Shown: piece after piece, positions 48,600 to 57,757 of the stretch
How the letters are laid out: each line of letters starts with the position of its first letter
How positions within the stretch are numbered: the stretch's first letter is position 1
Assembly: GCA_905214315.1 (NCBI GenBank)
Contig: CAJMLN010000006.1
Span: 3,210 to 67,209 of the forward strand
Reading direction: 5' to 3'
Length of the DNA stretch: 64,000 nucleotides
Source of the DNA: an uncultured bacterium
GTDB taxonomy: Bacteria; Bacillota; Clostridia; Christensenellales; QALW01
The notes under the pieces: generated by a model
Told to the model about the DNA's origin: nothing
The model's input: the letters and a program-made list of their open reading frames with translations, nothing else
The model's database searches: none
Position numbers and translations under genes: made by a program

Positions 48600-50339
48600 G
48601 TGAAACAAGAAAACTCCGCGGATAAAAAAAATACGGTCCGGACCAGGCTGGCGGAGCTTTGGCGGGATAAGCGCGGCTACTGGAAGCGATTTTTCATCGC
48701 CTTGCCGGTATTGCTGTGCCTGTGCTTTACAGTGCTGTTTTTCGGCCCGGTGGAGATTACGGCCTCCGGTGCCGACTCCCTGATCTTCGGGCTGGGCGAT
48801 ACGGCGTTGGCGGCGGGTCTTTTTGCGCTGGCGGTGCTGGCTGTTTCGTCTTTTGGGCTGGCCGCCCTGCGGGGGCGCGTGTTCAACTATGCGGCGTCGG
48901 TTATCTTTGCCGCCTCGCTGGGGGCGTATATTCAGGGAAATTTCCTCTCCGGAAAAATGGGCGCCCTTACGGGAGACGCGATTGCCTGGCAGGAATATAC
49001 CGGGGCAATGGCGGCGAACCTGGCCTTTTGGGCGATCCTTCTGCTGGCGGTGTTTTTTCTGCTGTATCTGAATAAAAAAATATGGACCAATGCGCTGCGG
49101 CTGATTTCCTGCCTTTTGGTGGTCATGCAGCTGGCGGGGCTGGGCAGTATTCTGGTAAAAGCCTCGCAGAAGGAGAGTGAAATAGCCGCAAGGGAAGTGT
49201 ATCTTTCCGATAAAGAGCTTACGGATTTTTCAAAAAACAAAAATGTTCTGGTGTTTTTGCTGGACAGGCTGGACTATGATTATATTGAGCAGGTGCTTGC
49301 TCAGGATCCGGATTTTTTTGACAGACTGGACGGCTTTACCAGCTATACCAACGCTACGGCCGAGTTTGCCCGGACGCGTCCCGGCGCAAGCTTTCTGCTC
49401 TCGGGCTATGAGGAGGGCGCCTATCGGATGCCGGCGGAGGAATATTTTGAAAAGCAGTGGACGGCCGGCGGGCGCAATCTTCTGGCGGATTTGAACGCGG
49501 CGGGGTATACGGTCAATCTCTATGGTGATACCTTGGGCATGATCGGCTCCGGGCAGGGATTTGAAGCGTATGTTTCCAATCTTTCCACGGCGGAGGAAAA
49601 GCTGAATTACGCGCGGCTGCTGAAAAATGTGCTGAATCTCTCCTTTTATCGTTATGCGCCCCAGGCGATGCGGCCGTTTTTCTGGTGTTATACCGATGAC
49701 GTAAACCGCGGGCTGTACCCGGAAAGCGGGCGGTATGAAATTGACGAGGCAAAATATGCGCCGCGCTTTCAGCAGCTGCAGCTGAAGGAGCGGAACTATT
49801 TTAAATTTTATCATTTTAACGGACCGCATCCGCCCTATACGCTGAATGAGGACGGGAGCCGTACGGCGGGCACGGAGACGGATGCCGTGCGGCAGACCAG
49901 GGGCTGCTTCCGTATTCTGTACGGGATTTTTGATCAGATGAAGGCGCAGGGAATTTATAAGGATTCCGCTATTTTAATTTTAGCCGACCACGGCAGCGCC
50001 GTTTCTGACCATGAGCCGGTGACCAAGGCGACGACGATCGGCCTGTTCTATAAGCCGGCGGGAGCGCAGGGACAGAAGCTGGCCCATTCCAATGCACCGG
50101 TTTCGCATAAAAACATTCCTGCTACGGTAATGAAGGCGGCCGGGAGTGAGTACGCGGCCTACGGCACTCCCCTGGACGAGGTAGCCGAGGATGCGCAGCT
50201 TGTGCGGCATTTTTATAAGAGCGTCATGGTAGGGGACCACGAGAGCGAGGTCTACGTTTATGATATCACGGGCGACGCCAACGTGTTTGAAAACTGGAGG
50301 GTGTCCCATACCTTTAAAGCAGAGTATTATTTTTATTGA
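48600..50339 (+). CDS. LtaS/EptA-like membrane-anchored sulfatase-superfamily phospho-group transferase
   Basis: About five N-terminal TM helices, then an extracytoplasmic alkaline-phosphatase/sulfatase-fold region: VLVFLLDRLDYDY, FARTRPGASFLLSG, ILILADHGS. GTG start. Confidence 0.72.
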   Translation: MKQENSADKKNTVRTRLAELWRDKRGYWKRFFIALPVLLCLCFTVLFFGPVEITASGADSLIFGLGDTALAAGLFALAVLAVSSFGLAALRGRVFNYAASVIFAASLGAYIQGNFLSGKMGALTGDAIAWQEYTGAMAANLAFWAILLLAVFFLLYLNKKIWTNALRLISCLLVVMQLAGLGSILVKASQKESEIAAREVYLSDKELTDFSKNKNVLVFLLDRLDYDYIEQVLAQDPDFFDRLDGFTSYTNATAEFARTRPGASFLLSGYEEGAYRMPAEEYFEKQWTAGGRNLLADLNAAGYTVNLYGDTLGMIGSGQGFEAYVSNLSTAEEKLNYARLLKNVLNLSFYRYAPQAMRPFFWCYTDDVNRGLYPESGRYEIDEAKYAPRFQQLQLKERNYFKFYHFNGPHPPYTLNEDGSRTAGTETDAVRQTRGCFRILYGIFDQMKAQGIYKDSAILILADHGSAVSDHEPVTKATTIGLFYKPAGAQGQKLAHSNAPVSHKNIPATVMKAAGSEYAAYGTPLDEVAEDAQLVRHFYKSVMVGDHESEVYVYDITGDANVFENWRVSHTFKAEYYFY

Positions 50340-50383
50340 GTCTGCCCTTTTTTAAAGGGGCGGCAGGCAGGAAAGGATGCAGA

Positions 50384-50698
50384 ATGAAAAAAGTTATAAA
50401 AACCGCGGCGGAATTCCTTTTGTTTTTTGCGCTGGGATGCGCGTTTTTCACGGCGACGGTAAGCGCGTATATCGATCCCTCGGCCATGACGTATATCGTG
50501 CAGGTGGTGGTGGGCATCGTAATCGCCGGTGCGGCGGCCTTTGGCTTTTATTTTCAGCGGCTGCGGCGCAAGCTGAAAAAGAAGGAGGAAGCTGTGCCTG
50601 AGGACTATGATTCGGCCGCGTTCTCCGAGGAGGAGATCGAGGACGACGGCGAGTTTGACGACAGCGATATCCCTGATGACGACGAAGATACCCAATAG
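50384..50698 (+). CDS. small two-TM protein with a strongly acidic C-terminal tail
   Basis: Start at ATG 50384, after aaaggatgcaga. MKKVIKTAAEFLLFFALGCAFF..AYIDPSAMTYIVQVVVGIVIAGAAAFGFYF, then EEIEDDGEFDDSDIPDDDEDTQ. Confidence 0.5.
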   Translation: MKKVIKTAAEFLLFFALGCAFFTATVSAYIDPSAMTYIVQVVVGIVIAGAAAFGFYFQRLRRKLKKKEEAVPEDYDSAAFSEEEIEDDGEFDDSDIPDDDEDTQ

Positions 50699-51191
50699 GA
50701 AAAAGCAGAAAAAACCGGAGCTTTTGTTTTTGCTGCTTGTTGCGGCGGCCCTGGCGGCCGCGGCAGCGGTATCGTTGTTTTTTGTACGCCCCGCGCGGGT
50801 GGACGGCGCTTCGATGGCCGGTACCCTGAACGCGGGAGACGTTATTTTGCTGGAGCAGTGCAGCTACCGCAGGGGAGAGCCCCAAAGGGGCGATATCGTT
50901 GCTTTTTTTAAAAAGGATGTAACCGGAGGCCTGCTTATAAAGCGGATTGTGGGGCTTCCGGGCGAGACGGTGGAAATTGCGGAGGGCGTGCTGTACGTCA
51001 ATGGTTCCGCCCTGCCGGGATATTCCGGCTTTTTGGAGGATATGCCGGCCTGCCGGATAGCACGGGACTGCTACTTTGTGATAGGGGATAATTTTAAAGA
51101 ATCGGTGGATTCCCGTGCTTGGCGGGAGCCGTTTGTCCGCCGGGAGGATATCCGCGGCCGGTATTGGCGCCGCATTGTCTCGTTTGGCTGA
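50676..51191 (+). CDS. lepB: signal peptidase I
   Basis: RVDGASMAGTLNAGD (catalytic Ser box), GDIVAF, LIKRIVGLPGETVE (Lys box), GDNFKESVDSR. The start is uncertain because there is no clear RBS. Overlaps the upstream small ORF. Confidence 0.82.
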   Translation: MTTKIPNRKKQKKPELLFLLLVAAALAAAAAVSLFFVRPARVDGASMAGTLNAGDVILLEQCSYRRGEPQRGDIVAFFKKDVTGGLLIKRIVGLPGETVEIAEGVLYVNGSALPGYSGFLEDMPACRIARDCYFVIGDNFKESVDSRAWREPFVRREDIRGRYWRRIVSFG

Positions 51192-51216
51192 AAATCTTTA
51201 TTTTTAGGAGCTTTTC

Positions 51217-53328
51217 ATGGGAATTATTGGGGAAATTCTCGGCACGCCGCTGGGATATGTTATGAAGCTGTGTTATGATCTGATTCACAACTACGGCTTT
51301 GCCATTATTGTGTTTACGCTTTTTACCAAGGTGATTTTGTTTCCGGTTTCAATGCTGGTGCAGAAGAACTCGGTAAAAATGATTAAAATGAAGCCGGAGC
51401 TGGACGCGCTGAAATACCAGTATATCGACGATAAGGACGGCCTTTTGGACGCGCAGGCCGCGCTGTACAAGCGGGAGAAATACAGCCCCTTTGCCGGGAC
51501 GATTCCGCTTTTAATTCAGCTGCCGCTGATCTTCGGCCTGATCGACGTGGTCTATCGGCCCTTAAAGCACATCCTGCACTTTCCGGCCGAGGCGATTTCT
51601 GCGTTTACCGCCAAGGCCTCGGAGCTTTTAGGCACGGCCGAGCTGGGCTCCTCACCGGAGCTGGTGGTCATGCGCTGCGCCAATGACCCGGCCAACCAGC
51701 AGGCGTTTCTGGATTTGCAAAACGGCGCGCTCTCCGGGCACGACGTAGGCGGTATGCTGGAGCGGATGCAGAGCGTGGATATGAACTTTTTCGGGTTCGA
51801 TCTTTCAGCGGTGCCCTCGGTGGCCGTGCTGAACCTGCTGTTTCTGATTCCGGTTCTGGCGGGCCTGAGCGCGCTGATTATGTGCGTGGTGCAGAATAAG
51901 ATCAACGTGCTGCAGATCGAGCAGAGCCCCCTTGCCCAATGGGGCATGACGCTGTTTATGATTGCTTTCTCCGTGTATTTTGCGTTCCTGGTGCCGGCGG
52001 GCGTGGGCGTATACTGGATTTTCGGCAATCTGTTTTCCATACCGGTTATGTATTTGGTAAACCTGATTTATAACCCCAAGGAATATATTGATTATAAAAC
52101 GTTAAATAAGCTCAAGGAAAAGGCGAAGGCCGAGCGGGAGCAGAAGCGCGCGGACAATAAGCTTTCGCGCCGGTATTATAAGGAGCTTTGCGCCGATCAC
52201 AATTTAAGCAAAATGCGCCTGATGTTCTATTCGGAGCAGAGCGGCTTTTACAAGTATTTTGAAAGCATTATCGACGCGCTTTTGAAGAACAGCGACGAGA
52301 CGATCTATTATGTCACCAGCGATCCTAAGGACGCGGTTTTTCAGAAGAACAACCCCAGAATCAAGCCGTACTATGTGGCGGGCAACCATTTGATCGCGCT
52401 GATGATGAAGCTGGAGTGCCGCATCGTGGTGATGACTACGCCGGATTTGGAAAAATATCATATCAAGCGCTCCAAGGTGCGCAGGAATATTGAGTATATT
52501 TACGTGGACCACGGCTGTACCAGCCTCAATCTGACGTACCGTCCCGGTGCACTGGATTATTTTGACACTATCTTTGCGGTAAGCCGGAATCAGGGCATTG
52601 AGGTGCGGGAAATCGAGCAGCTGCGCGGCACGCGGAAAAAACGGATTGTAAAATGCGGCTACGGGCTGATCGATAACATGACCCGAGCCTATGAAAAGCT
52701 GGAAAAAACACAGAACGACCGCCCCGCGATATTGATTGCGCCCTCCTGGCAGTATGACAATATTCTGGACAGCTGTCTGGATAACCTGCTGGAAAGCCTG
52801 CTGAGCTGCGACCGGTATCGGGTTATCGTGCGTCCGCATCCGCAGTATATCCGGCGCTTTCCGCTGCAGATGGAAAGTATTTTGGAAAAGTACCGCGGCC
52901 GCTTTAATGAGAATTTTAAAATAGAGACCGACTTTTCCTCCAATGTTACCGTTTATACGGCGGACATGGTGATTACCGACTGGTCGGCCATCGCCTTTGA
53001 ATTCAGCTTTACCACCTTAAAGCCCACGCTGTTTGTCAATACGCAGATGAAGGTGGTCAATAAGGATTATAAAAAGATCAAGATGAAGCCCTTTGATATC
53101 ACCGCGCGCAATATTGTGGGAAAATCCGTGGAAAAGGAAGAGACGGCCGGTATTGCCGCCATAGCGGACGAGCTGCTTGCGCATCAGGCCGACTATACGC
53201 AGAGCATTGCCCGGCTGAAGGAAAGCTATTTTTATAACCTGGGTCATAGCGGCGAGGCGGGAGCGCAATATATCATCGACCGCCTTTGCACCGGCCCTGC
53301 ATCGGCGGAGGCGGCCCAGGAGGAGTAG
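51217..53328 (+). CDS. fusion protein: YidC/Oxa1 membrane insertase (aa ~1-300) + TagF-type CDP-glycerol glycerophosphotransferase domain (aa ~340-703)
   Basis: One uninterrupted 703-codon ORF with RBS taggagc. YidC motifs: GFAIIVFTLFTKVILFPVSMLVQKNSVKMIKMKPELDAL, PLLIQLPLIFGL, PAGVGVYWIFGNLFSIP. TagF/TagB-like motifs: ILIAPSWQ, VIVRPHPQ, MVITDWSAIAFEFSFTTLKPTLF. Confidence 0.8.
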   Translation: MGIIGEILGTPLGYVMKLCYDLIHNYGFAIIVFTLFTKVILFPVSMLVQKNSVKMIKMKPELDALKYQYIDDKDGLLDAQAALYKREKYSPFAGTIPLLIQLPLIFGLIDVVYRPLKHILHFPAEAISAFTAKASELLGTAELGSSPELVVMRCANDPANQQAFLDLQNGALSGHDVGGMLERMQSVDMNFFGFDLSAVPSVAVLNLLFLIPVLAGLSALIMCVVQNKINVLQIEQSPLAQWGMTLFMIAFSVYFAFLVPAGVGVYWIFGNLFSIPVMYLVNLIYNPKEYIDYKTLNKLKEKAKAEREQKRADNKLSRRYYKELCADHNLSKMRLMFYSEQSGFYKYFESIIDALLKNSDETIYYVTSDPKDAVFQKNNPRIKPYYVAGNHLIALMMKLECRIVVMTTPDLEKYHIKRSKVRRNIEYIYVDHGCTSLNLTYRPGALDYFDTIFAVSRNQGIEVREIEQLRGTRKKRIVKCGYGLIDNMTRAYEKLEKTQNDRPAILIAPSWQYDNILDSCLDNLLESLLSCDRYRVIVRPHPQYIRRFPLQMESILEKYRGRFNENFKIETDFSSNVTVYTADMVITDWSAIAFEFSFTTLKPTLFVNTQMKVVNKDYKKIKMKPFDITARNIVGKSVEKEETAGIAAIADELLAHQADYTQSIARLKESYFYNLGHSGEAGAQYIIDRLCTGPASAEAAQEE

Positions 53329-53457
53329 GTGTTCAAAAACAGAAAAGAACAGCGCCAGAATGAACGACGCTTTCTTTTTGTTCCCAAAAATCCGTAAAGC
53401 TTCGGTTTTGCGTTCACATACAAGCAAGAAAAATAAAAAATGAACGGGGAGGAATCC

Positions 53458-54453
53458 ATGATGAAACGCATCAGAAACCTTATTTCTTTTGTACTTATTT
53501 CAGTGCTTTTCCTTTGCGCAGCCTTTACCGGCTGCGGCGGAGAGAAAAAGGAAAAAGTAGTCATTTACACCAGCGCCGAGGATTTCCGGGTGGAAGACCT
53601 GCGGGAGCGGCTCAACGCACAGTTTCCGCAGTATGAAATCAATATCGAATATATGTCCACCGGTAATCATGCGGCCAAGCTTTTGGCCGAAGGCGTTAAT
53701 ACCGAATGCGATATTACCCATGACCTGGAATATCCGTATCTGGACAAGCTGGCCGAGGCGGAGGGACTGGCCGATCTTTCGGAATATGATATGTCGGTAT
53801 ACGCACCCGATGCGGCGGTAAGCAAGTATTATATTCCTGAGGTGCGCAACGGCGGCGCGGTGATTGTGGACGCGGCCGCGCTTACGGAAAAGGGGCTGCC
53901 GGTGCCCGGCAGCTATCAGGATTTGCTGAAGCCGGAGTATAAGGGACTGGTAATTATGCCTAACCCCAAATCCTCGGGTACCGGATATATGTTTGTAAAG
54001 GCTCTGGCGGTTTCTATGGGCGAGGAAGAGGCTCTGGCTTATTTTGATCAGCTGAATGAAAACATTATTGAATATACCTCCTCCGGCTCCGGCCCGATCA
54101 ACCGGCTGATTCAGAAGGAAGCGGCTATCGGTTTGGGAATGACCAGCCAGGCGGTAAACGCCAATCAGGAGGGCGGTAATTTTGAAATTCTGTTCTTTGA
54201 AGAGGGCTCGCCGTATTCTATGTACGGGCAGGCCATGATCCGCGGCAAGGAAACGCGCGAGGCGGTAAAGACCGTGTTTGATTTTATGGTCAATACCTAT
54301 AACCGCGAGGCAAACAACAAGTTCTATCCCGAACAGATTTTCGCCGACGGCCCCGGCAAGGTGGAAAATTATCCCCAGAATATTCAGTATGCCGATATGG
54401 GCGATACCTCTCCCGAGAGCAAGGACGCGCTTTTGGCAAAGTGGAAATATTAG
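53458..54453 (+). CDS. ABC importer substrate-binding lipoprotein (Fe3+/polyamine/2-aminoethylphosphonate-type SBP cluster)
   Basis: Start at ATG 53458, after ggggaggaatcc. Lipobox AAFTGCGG. VVIYTSAED...PNPKSSGTGYMF... pattern. Confidence 0.78.
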   Translation: MMKRIRNLISFVLISVLFLCAAFTGCGGEKKEKVVIYTSAEDFRVEDLRERLNAQFPQYEINIEYMSTGNHAAKLLAEGVNTECDITHDLEYPYLDKLAEAEGLADLSEYDMSVYAPDAAVSKYYIPEVRNGGAVIVDAAALTEKGLPVPGSYQDLLKPEYKGLVIMPNPKSSGTGYMFVKALAVSMGEEEALAYFDQLNENIIEYTSSGSGPINRLIQKEAAIGLGMTSQAVNANQEGGNFEILFFEEGSPYSMYGQAMIRGKETREAVKTVFDFMVNTYNREANNKFYPEQIFADGPGKVENYPQNIQYADMGDTSPESKDALLAKWKY

Positions 54454-54463
54454 GAGCAAAAGC

Positions 54464-55228
54464 ATGGAAAACGGCGATATCAAGCTGAAGGTCACCGGCC
54501 TTACAAAAAATTACGGGGAAAAGTGCGTGCTGGATCAGGTTTCCTTTTCCGTGTACGACGGCGAATTTCTTTCAGTGCTGGGCCCTTCAGGGTGCGGCAA
54601 AACCACGCTTCTGCGGATTCTGATCGGCCTGCTGGAGGCCGACGCCGGCTCGATCGTTAAGGACGGCGCGGAGATCACCCATGCCGCGGCCTCTGCCCGG
54701 GGGATGGGCATTGTCTTCCAGAATTACGCGCTGTTTGAAAACATGACGGTTCTGGGCAACGTGGAGTATGCCTTGAAAATCAAAAAGGATACAAAAAAGC
54801 AGGCGCGCGCTCTGGCGCAGGCGATGCTGCAAAGAATGGGGCTGGAGGAGCATGCGGGCAAAAAGCCGCACGAGCTCTCCGGCGGGCAGCAGCAGCGCGT
54901 GGCCATTGCCAGAACGCTGGTGCTGAAGCCCGACATCATTCTGTTTGACGAGCCGATGTCGGCGCTGGACGTTGCCACACGGCTGATGCTCCGGCAGGAG
55001 CTGAAGGAGATCCAGCGTGAGTTCGGCACCACGATGATCTATATTACCCATGATCAGGAGGAGGCCTTTGCGCTTTCGGACCGGATTATGGTCATGGATA
55101 AGGCGCGGCTTGTGCAGATCGATACCCCTGAGCATATCATCGATATGCCGGCGGACGACTATGTGCGCAGCTTTGTCAACGACAATCTGCGCATCAAGAT
55201 CGATTCGCTGGTAAAATACGTGAGGTGA
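54464..55228 (+). CDS. ABC transporter ATP-binding protein
   Basis: GPSGCGKTT (Walker A), LSGGQQQRVAIAR (signature), ILFDEP (Walker B), ITHDQ (H-loop). Confidence 0.92.
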   Translation: MENGDIKLKVTGLTKNYGEKCVLDQVSFSVYDGEFLSVLGPSGCGKTTLLRILIGLLEADAGSIVKDGAEITHAAASARGMGIVFQNYALFENMTVLGNVEYALKIKKDTKKQARALAQAMLQRMGLEEHAGKKPHELSGGQQQRVAIARTLVLKPDIILFDEPMSALDVATRLMLRQELKEIQREFGTTMIYITHDQEEAFALSDRIMVMDKARLVQIDTPEHIIDMPADDYVRSFVNDNLRIKIDSLVKYVR

Positions 55229-55233
55229 GGGGC

Positions 55234-56892
55234 ATGAAGCGATTCGTATCTGCCGCCCGGGGAGAGAAGGCCGGCGCGGCGGTGAGCAAGATCATTTTTG
55301 CTTCGGTGTTCGCGGCGTTCGTGCTGCTGCCGCTGGTGCGTATGCTGCTTTATATTGACGGCCGCAGTCTGCACGAGGTCTTTTCCGCGCCGTATTTTAA
55401 GGAGGCCGTCGTCAATTCTCTGACCTCAGGCGTAACGGCGTCGTTGATTTCCCTGCTGCTTGCGTACTTTTTAGCGGTATGTCTCTCCCGGGTGGATATC
55501 CGCCTTAAGAGCCTGTTCAGCGTGATTTTTATTCTGCCGATGCTGATTCCCTCCATTTCCCACGGCATGGGTCTGCTGCTGATTTTAGGCAACAACGGCC
55601 TGGTTACCCGGCTGCTGCATTTGGATTTCAGTATTTACGGCTTCTGGGGAATTGTGGCGGGTTCGGTGATGTATACGTTCCCCGTGGCGTTTCTGATGTT
55701 CAGCGATATTTTAAAGTATGAGGATTATTCGCCCTATGAGGCGGCAAAGGTGCTGGGGGTTTCCGCTCCGCGGCGCTTTGCCTCCATTACGCTGCCCTAT
55801 CTGCGGCGGCCGCTGATCTCCATTGTATTTACGGTGTTTACCATGATTATTACCGATTACGGCGTGCCGCTGATTATCGGCGGAAAGTTCAAAACGCTGT
55901 CGTCGGTGATGTATCAGGAAGCCATCGGTCGGCTGAATTTTGATAACGGTGCCGTGCTGGGCGCGGTACTGCTGGTTCCCGCGGTGATTGCGTTTGTATT
56001 TGACCTGCTCAACCGCGATAAGGGCAATATGAGCTTTGTTACCCGCCCCTTTGTGCTCTCTAAAAGCCGCGGGGCAAGGGCGGCGGCATATGGCTTCTGC
56101 ACGCTGGTGTCGCTTTTAGTCATGATTCCGCTGATCTGCTTTGTGCTGATCGGCTTTGCCAAACGGTATCCTACCGATCTGTCCTTTACGCTGAAAAACA
56201 TACAAAAGACCTTTACGATGGACGCGGGAAAATATCTGGCCAATTCGGTGATTATTGCGCTTTGGGTATCGGTGCTGGGCATGGGAATCTCCTTTTTTGC
56301 CGCCTACCTGACGGCCCGCATGAAATCCGGCCTTTCCCGGCTGCTGCACCTGATCTGCATTACCACCGCGGCGATTCCCGGCATCGTGCTGGGCCTTTCC
56401 TATGCCATCGTGTTTAATCAGAGCTTTATCTATAATACGCTGATCATCCTGGTGGTGGTAAACCTGGTGCATTTCATTGCCTCGCCGTATATGATGATGT
56501 ATAATTCCTTTTCCAAGCTCAATGAAAATCTGGAGGCCGTGGGCAAAACCATGGGCGTCGGTCGGCTGCGGATGCTGAGGGACGTCTTTCTGCCCCAGAG
56601 CCTTTCCACAGTGCTGGAGGTTGGCAGCTATTTCTTTGTCAACTGTATGATGACGATTTCCGCCGTGTCCTTTTTGGGCAGCTCTTCCGCCGTTAAACCG
56701 GTTGCGCTGATGATCAATCAGTTTGAAGCGCAGATGCAGCTGGAATGCGCGGCGGTGGTGTCGCTGATGATTCTTCTGGTCAACATGCTGCTGAAGCTTT
56801 TGATTTTTGCAGTAAAAAAACAGATGGCGCGGCGCGGCCTGAAAAAAGCGCAGAAGGCGAGGAGTACATATGCTTACAAAAAAACAGTTTGA
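55234..56892 (+). CDS. ABC transporter permease, duplicated (two fused BPD-type transmembrane domains)
   Basis: About 12 TM segments. Two EAA-like loops (YEAAKVLGVSAPRRFASITLPYLRRP and LEAVGKTMGVGRLRMLRDVFLPQS). ATG 55234 follows gaggtgagggg. Confidence 0.85.
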   Translation: MKRFVSAARGEKAGAAVSKIIFASVFAAFVLLPLVRMLLYIDGRSLHEVFSAPYFKEAVVNSLTSGVTASLISLLLAYFLAVCLSRVDIRLKSLFSVIFILPMLIPSISHGMGLLLILGNNGLVTRLLHLDFSIYGFWGIVAGSVMYTFPVAFLMFSDILKYEDYSPYEAAKVLGVSAPRRFASITLPYLRRPLISIVFTVFTMIITDYGVPLIIGGKFKTLSSVMYQEAIGRLNFDNGAVLGAVLLVPAVIAFVFDLLNRDKGNMSFVTRPFVLSKSRGARAAAYGFCTLVSLLVMIPLICFVLIGFAKRYPTDLSFTLKNIQKTFTMDAGKYLANSVIIALWVSVLGMGISFFAAYLTARMKSGLSRLLHLICITTAAIPGIVLGLSYAIVFNQSFIYNTLIILVVVNLVHFIASPYMMMYNSFSKLNENLEAVGKTMGVGRLRMLRDVFLPQSLSTVLEVGSYFFVNCMMTISAVSFLGSSSAVKPVALMINQFEAQMQLECAAVVSLMILLVNMLLKLLIFAVKKQMARRGLKKAQKARSTYAYKKTV

Positions 56893-57757
56893 TATTTTGG
56901 TATATCTTTCGGAAAACAGCTCCGGGCAGACGCAGCGGAGCATTGCCGCCGGCACAGGGCTTTCGGTGGGTACGGTGAATAAAACCATGGCCGAGCTTTC
57001 CGCCGCGGGCCTTGCGGGGGAAAACGCCATTGCCCCGGCGGGCCTGGCGGCGCTGGAGCCGTACCGGGTGCGCCGCGCGGTGTTTATTGCGGCGGGCTTC
57101 GGCTCCCGGCTGGCGCCCATTACCTTTAATACGCCCAAGCCCCTTGTGCGCGTAAAGGGACGGCGGATTATCGATTCCCTGCTGGACGCGGTTCTGGCGG
57201 CGGGAATTGAGGAAATTTACGTGGTGAGGGGATATTTGTGGGAGCAGTTCGACCAGCTGCTGTATCAGTATCCGATGATTAAATTTATCCAGAACCCCCT
57301 GTATAACGAGGCCAATAATATTTCCTCGGTATACTGCGCGCGGGACGTTATCCGGCAGGCCTATGTGCTGGAGGCGGATCTTCTGCTGTATAACCCCGCC
57401 CTGATTAAAAAATACCAGTATTCCAGCAATTATCTGGGCGTGCCGGTGGAGAAAACCGAGGATTGGTGCTTTGAAACCGAAAACGGCCGGATCACCCGGC
57501 TGCAGATCGGCGGGACGAATTGCTCGCACATGTTCGGCATTTCCTATTGGACGCAGGAGGACGGCGAAAAGCTGAGCCGGGACGTTGTAAGCGTGTATAA
57601 CGCCCCCGGCGGAAAGGAACGGTACTGGGATCAGGTGGCGCTGGAATATTACCGCGCCAACTATGAGATTTCGGTGCGGGAATGCAGTTTTCGGGATATT
57701 ATTGAGATCGATACCTTCAATGAACTCAAGCAGCTGGATCCGACCTACGATATGTAA
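56870..57757 (+). CDS. winged-helix (MarR-like) domain fused to a LicC-type nucleotidyl(cytidylyl)transferase
   Basis: N-terminus: LTKKQFDILVYLSENSSGQTQRSIAAGTGLSVGTVNKTMAEL. NTP-transferase signature: AAGFGSRLAPITFNTPKPLV. The remainder is co-linear by recall with S. pneumoniae LicC (VRGYL.EQF..L...Y....I.N..Y.E.N.I.S......). The start overlaps the permease 3' end by 23 nt. Confidence 0.78.
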   Translation: MLTKKQFDILVYLSENSSGQTQRSIAAGTGLSVGTVNKTMAELSAAGLAGENAIAPAGLAALEPYRVRRAVFIAAGFGSRLAPITFNTPKPLVRVKGRRIIDSLLDAVLAAGIEEIYVVRGYLWEQFDQLLYQYPMIKFIQNPLYNEANNISSVYCARDVIRQAYVLEADLLLYNPALIKKYQYSSNYLGVPVEKTEDWCFETENGRITRLQIGGTNCSHMFGISYWTQEDGEKLSRDVVSVYNAPGGKERYWDQVALEYYRANYEISVRECSFRDIIEIDTFNELKQLDPTYDM

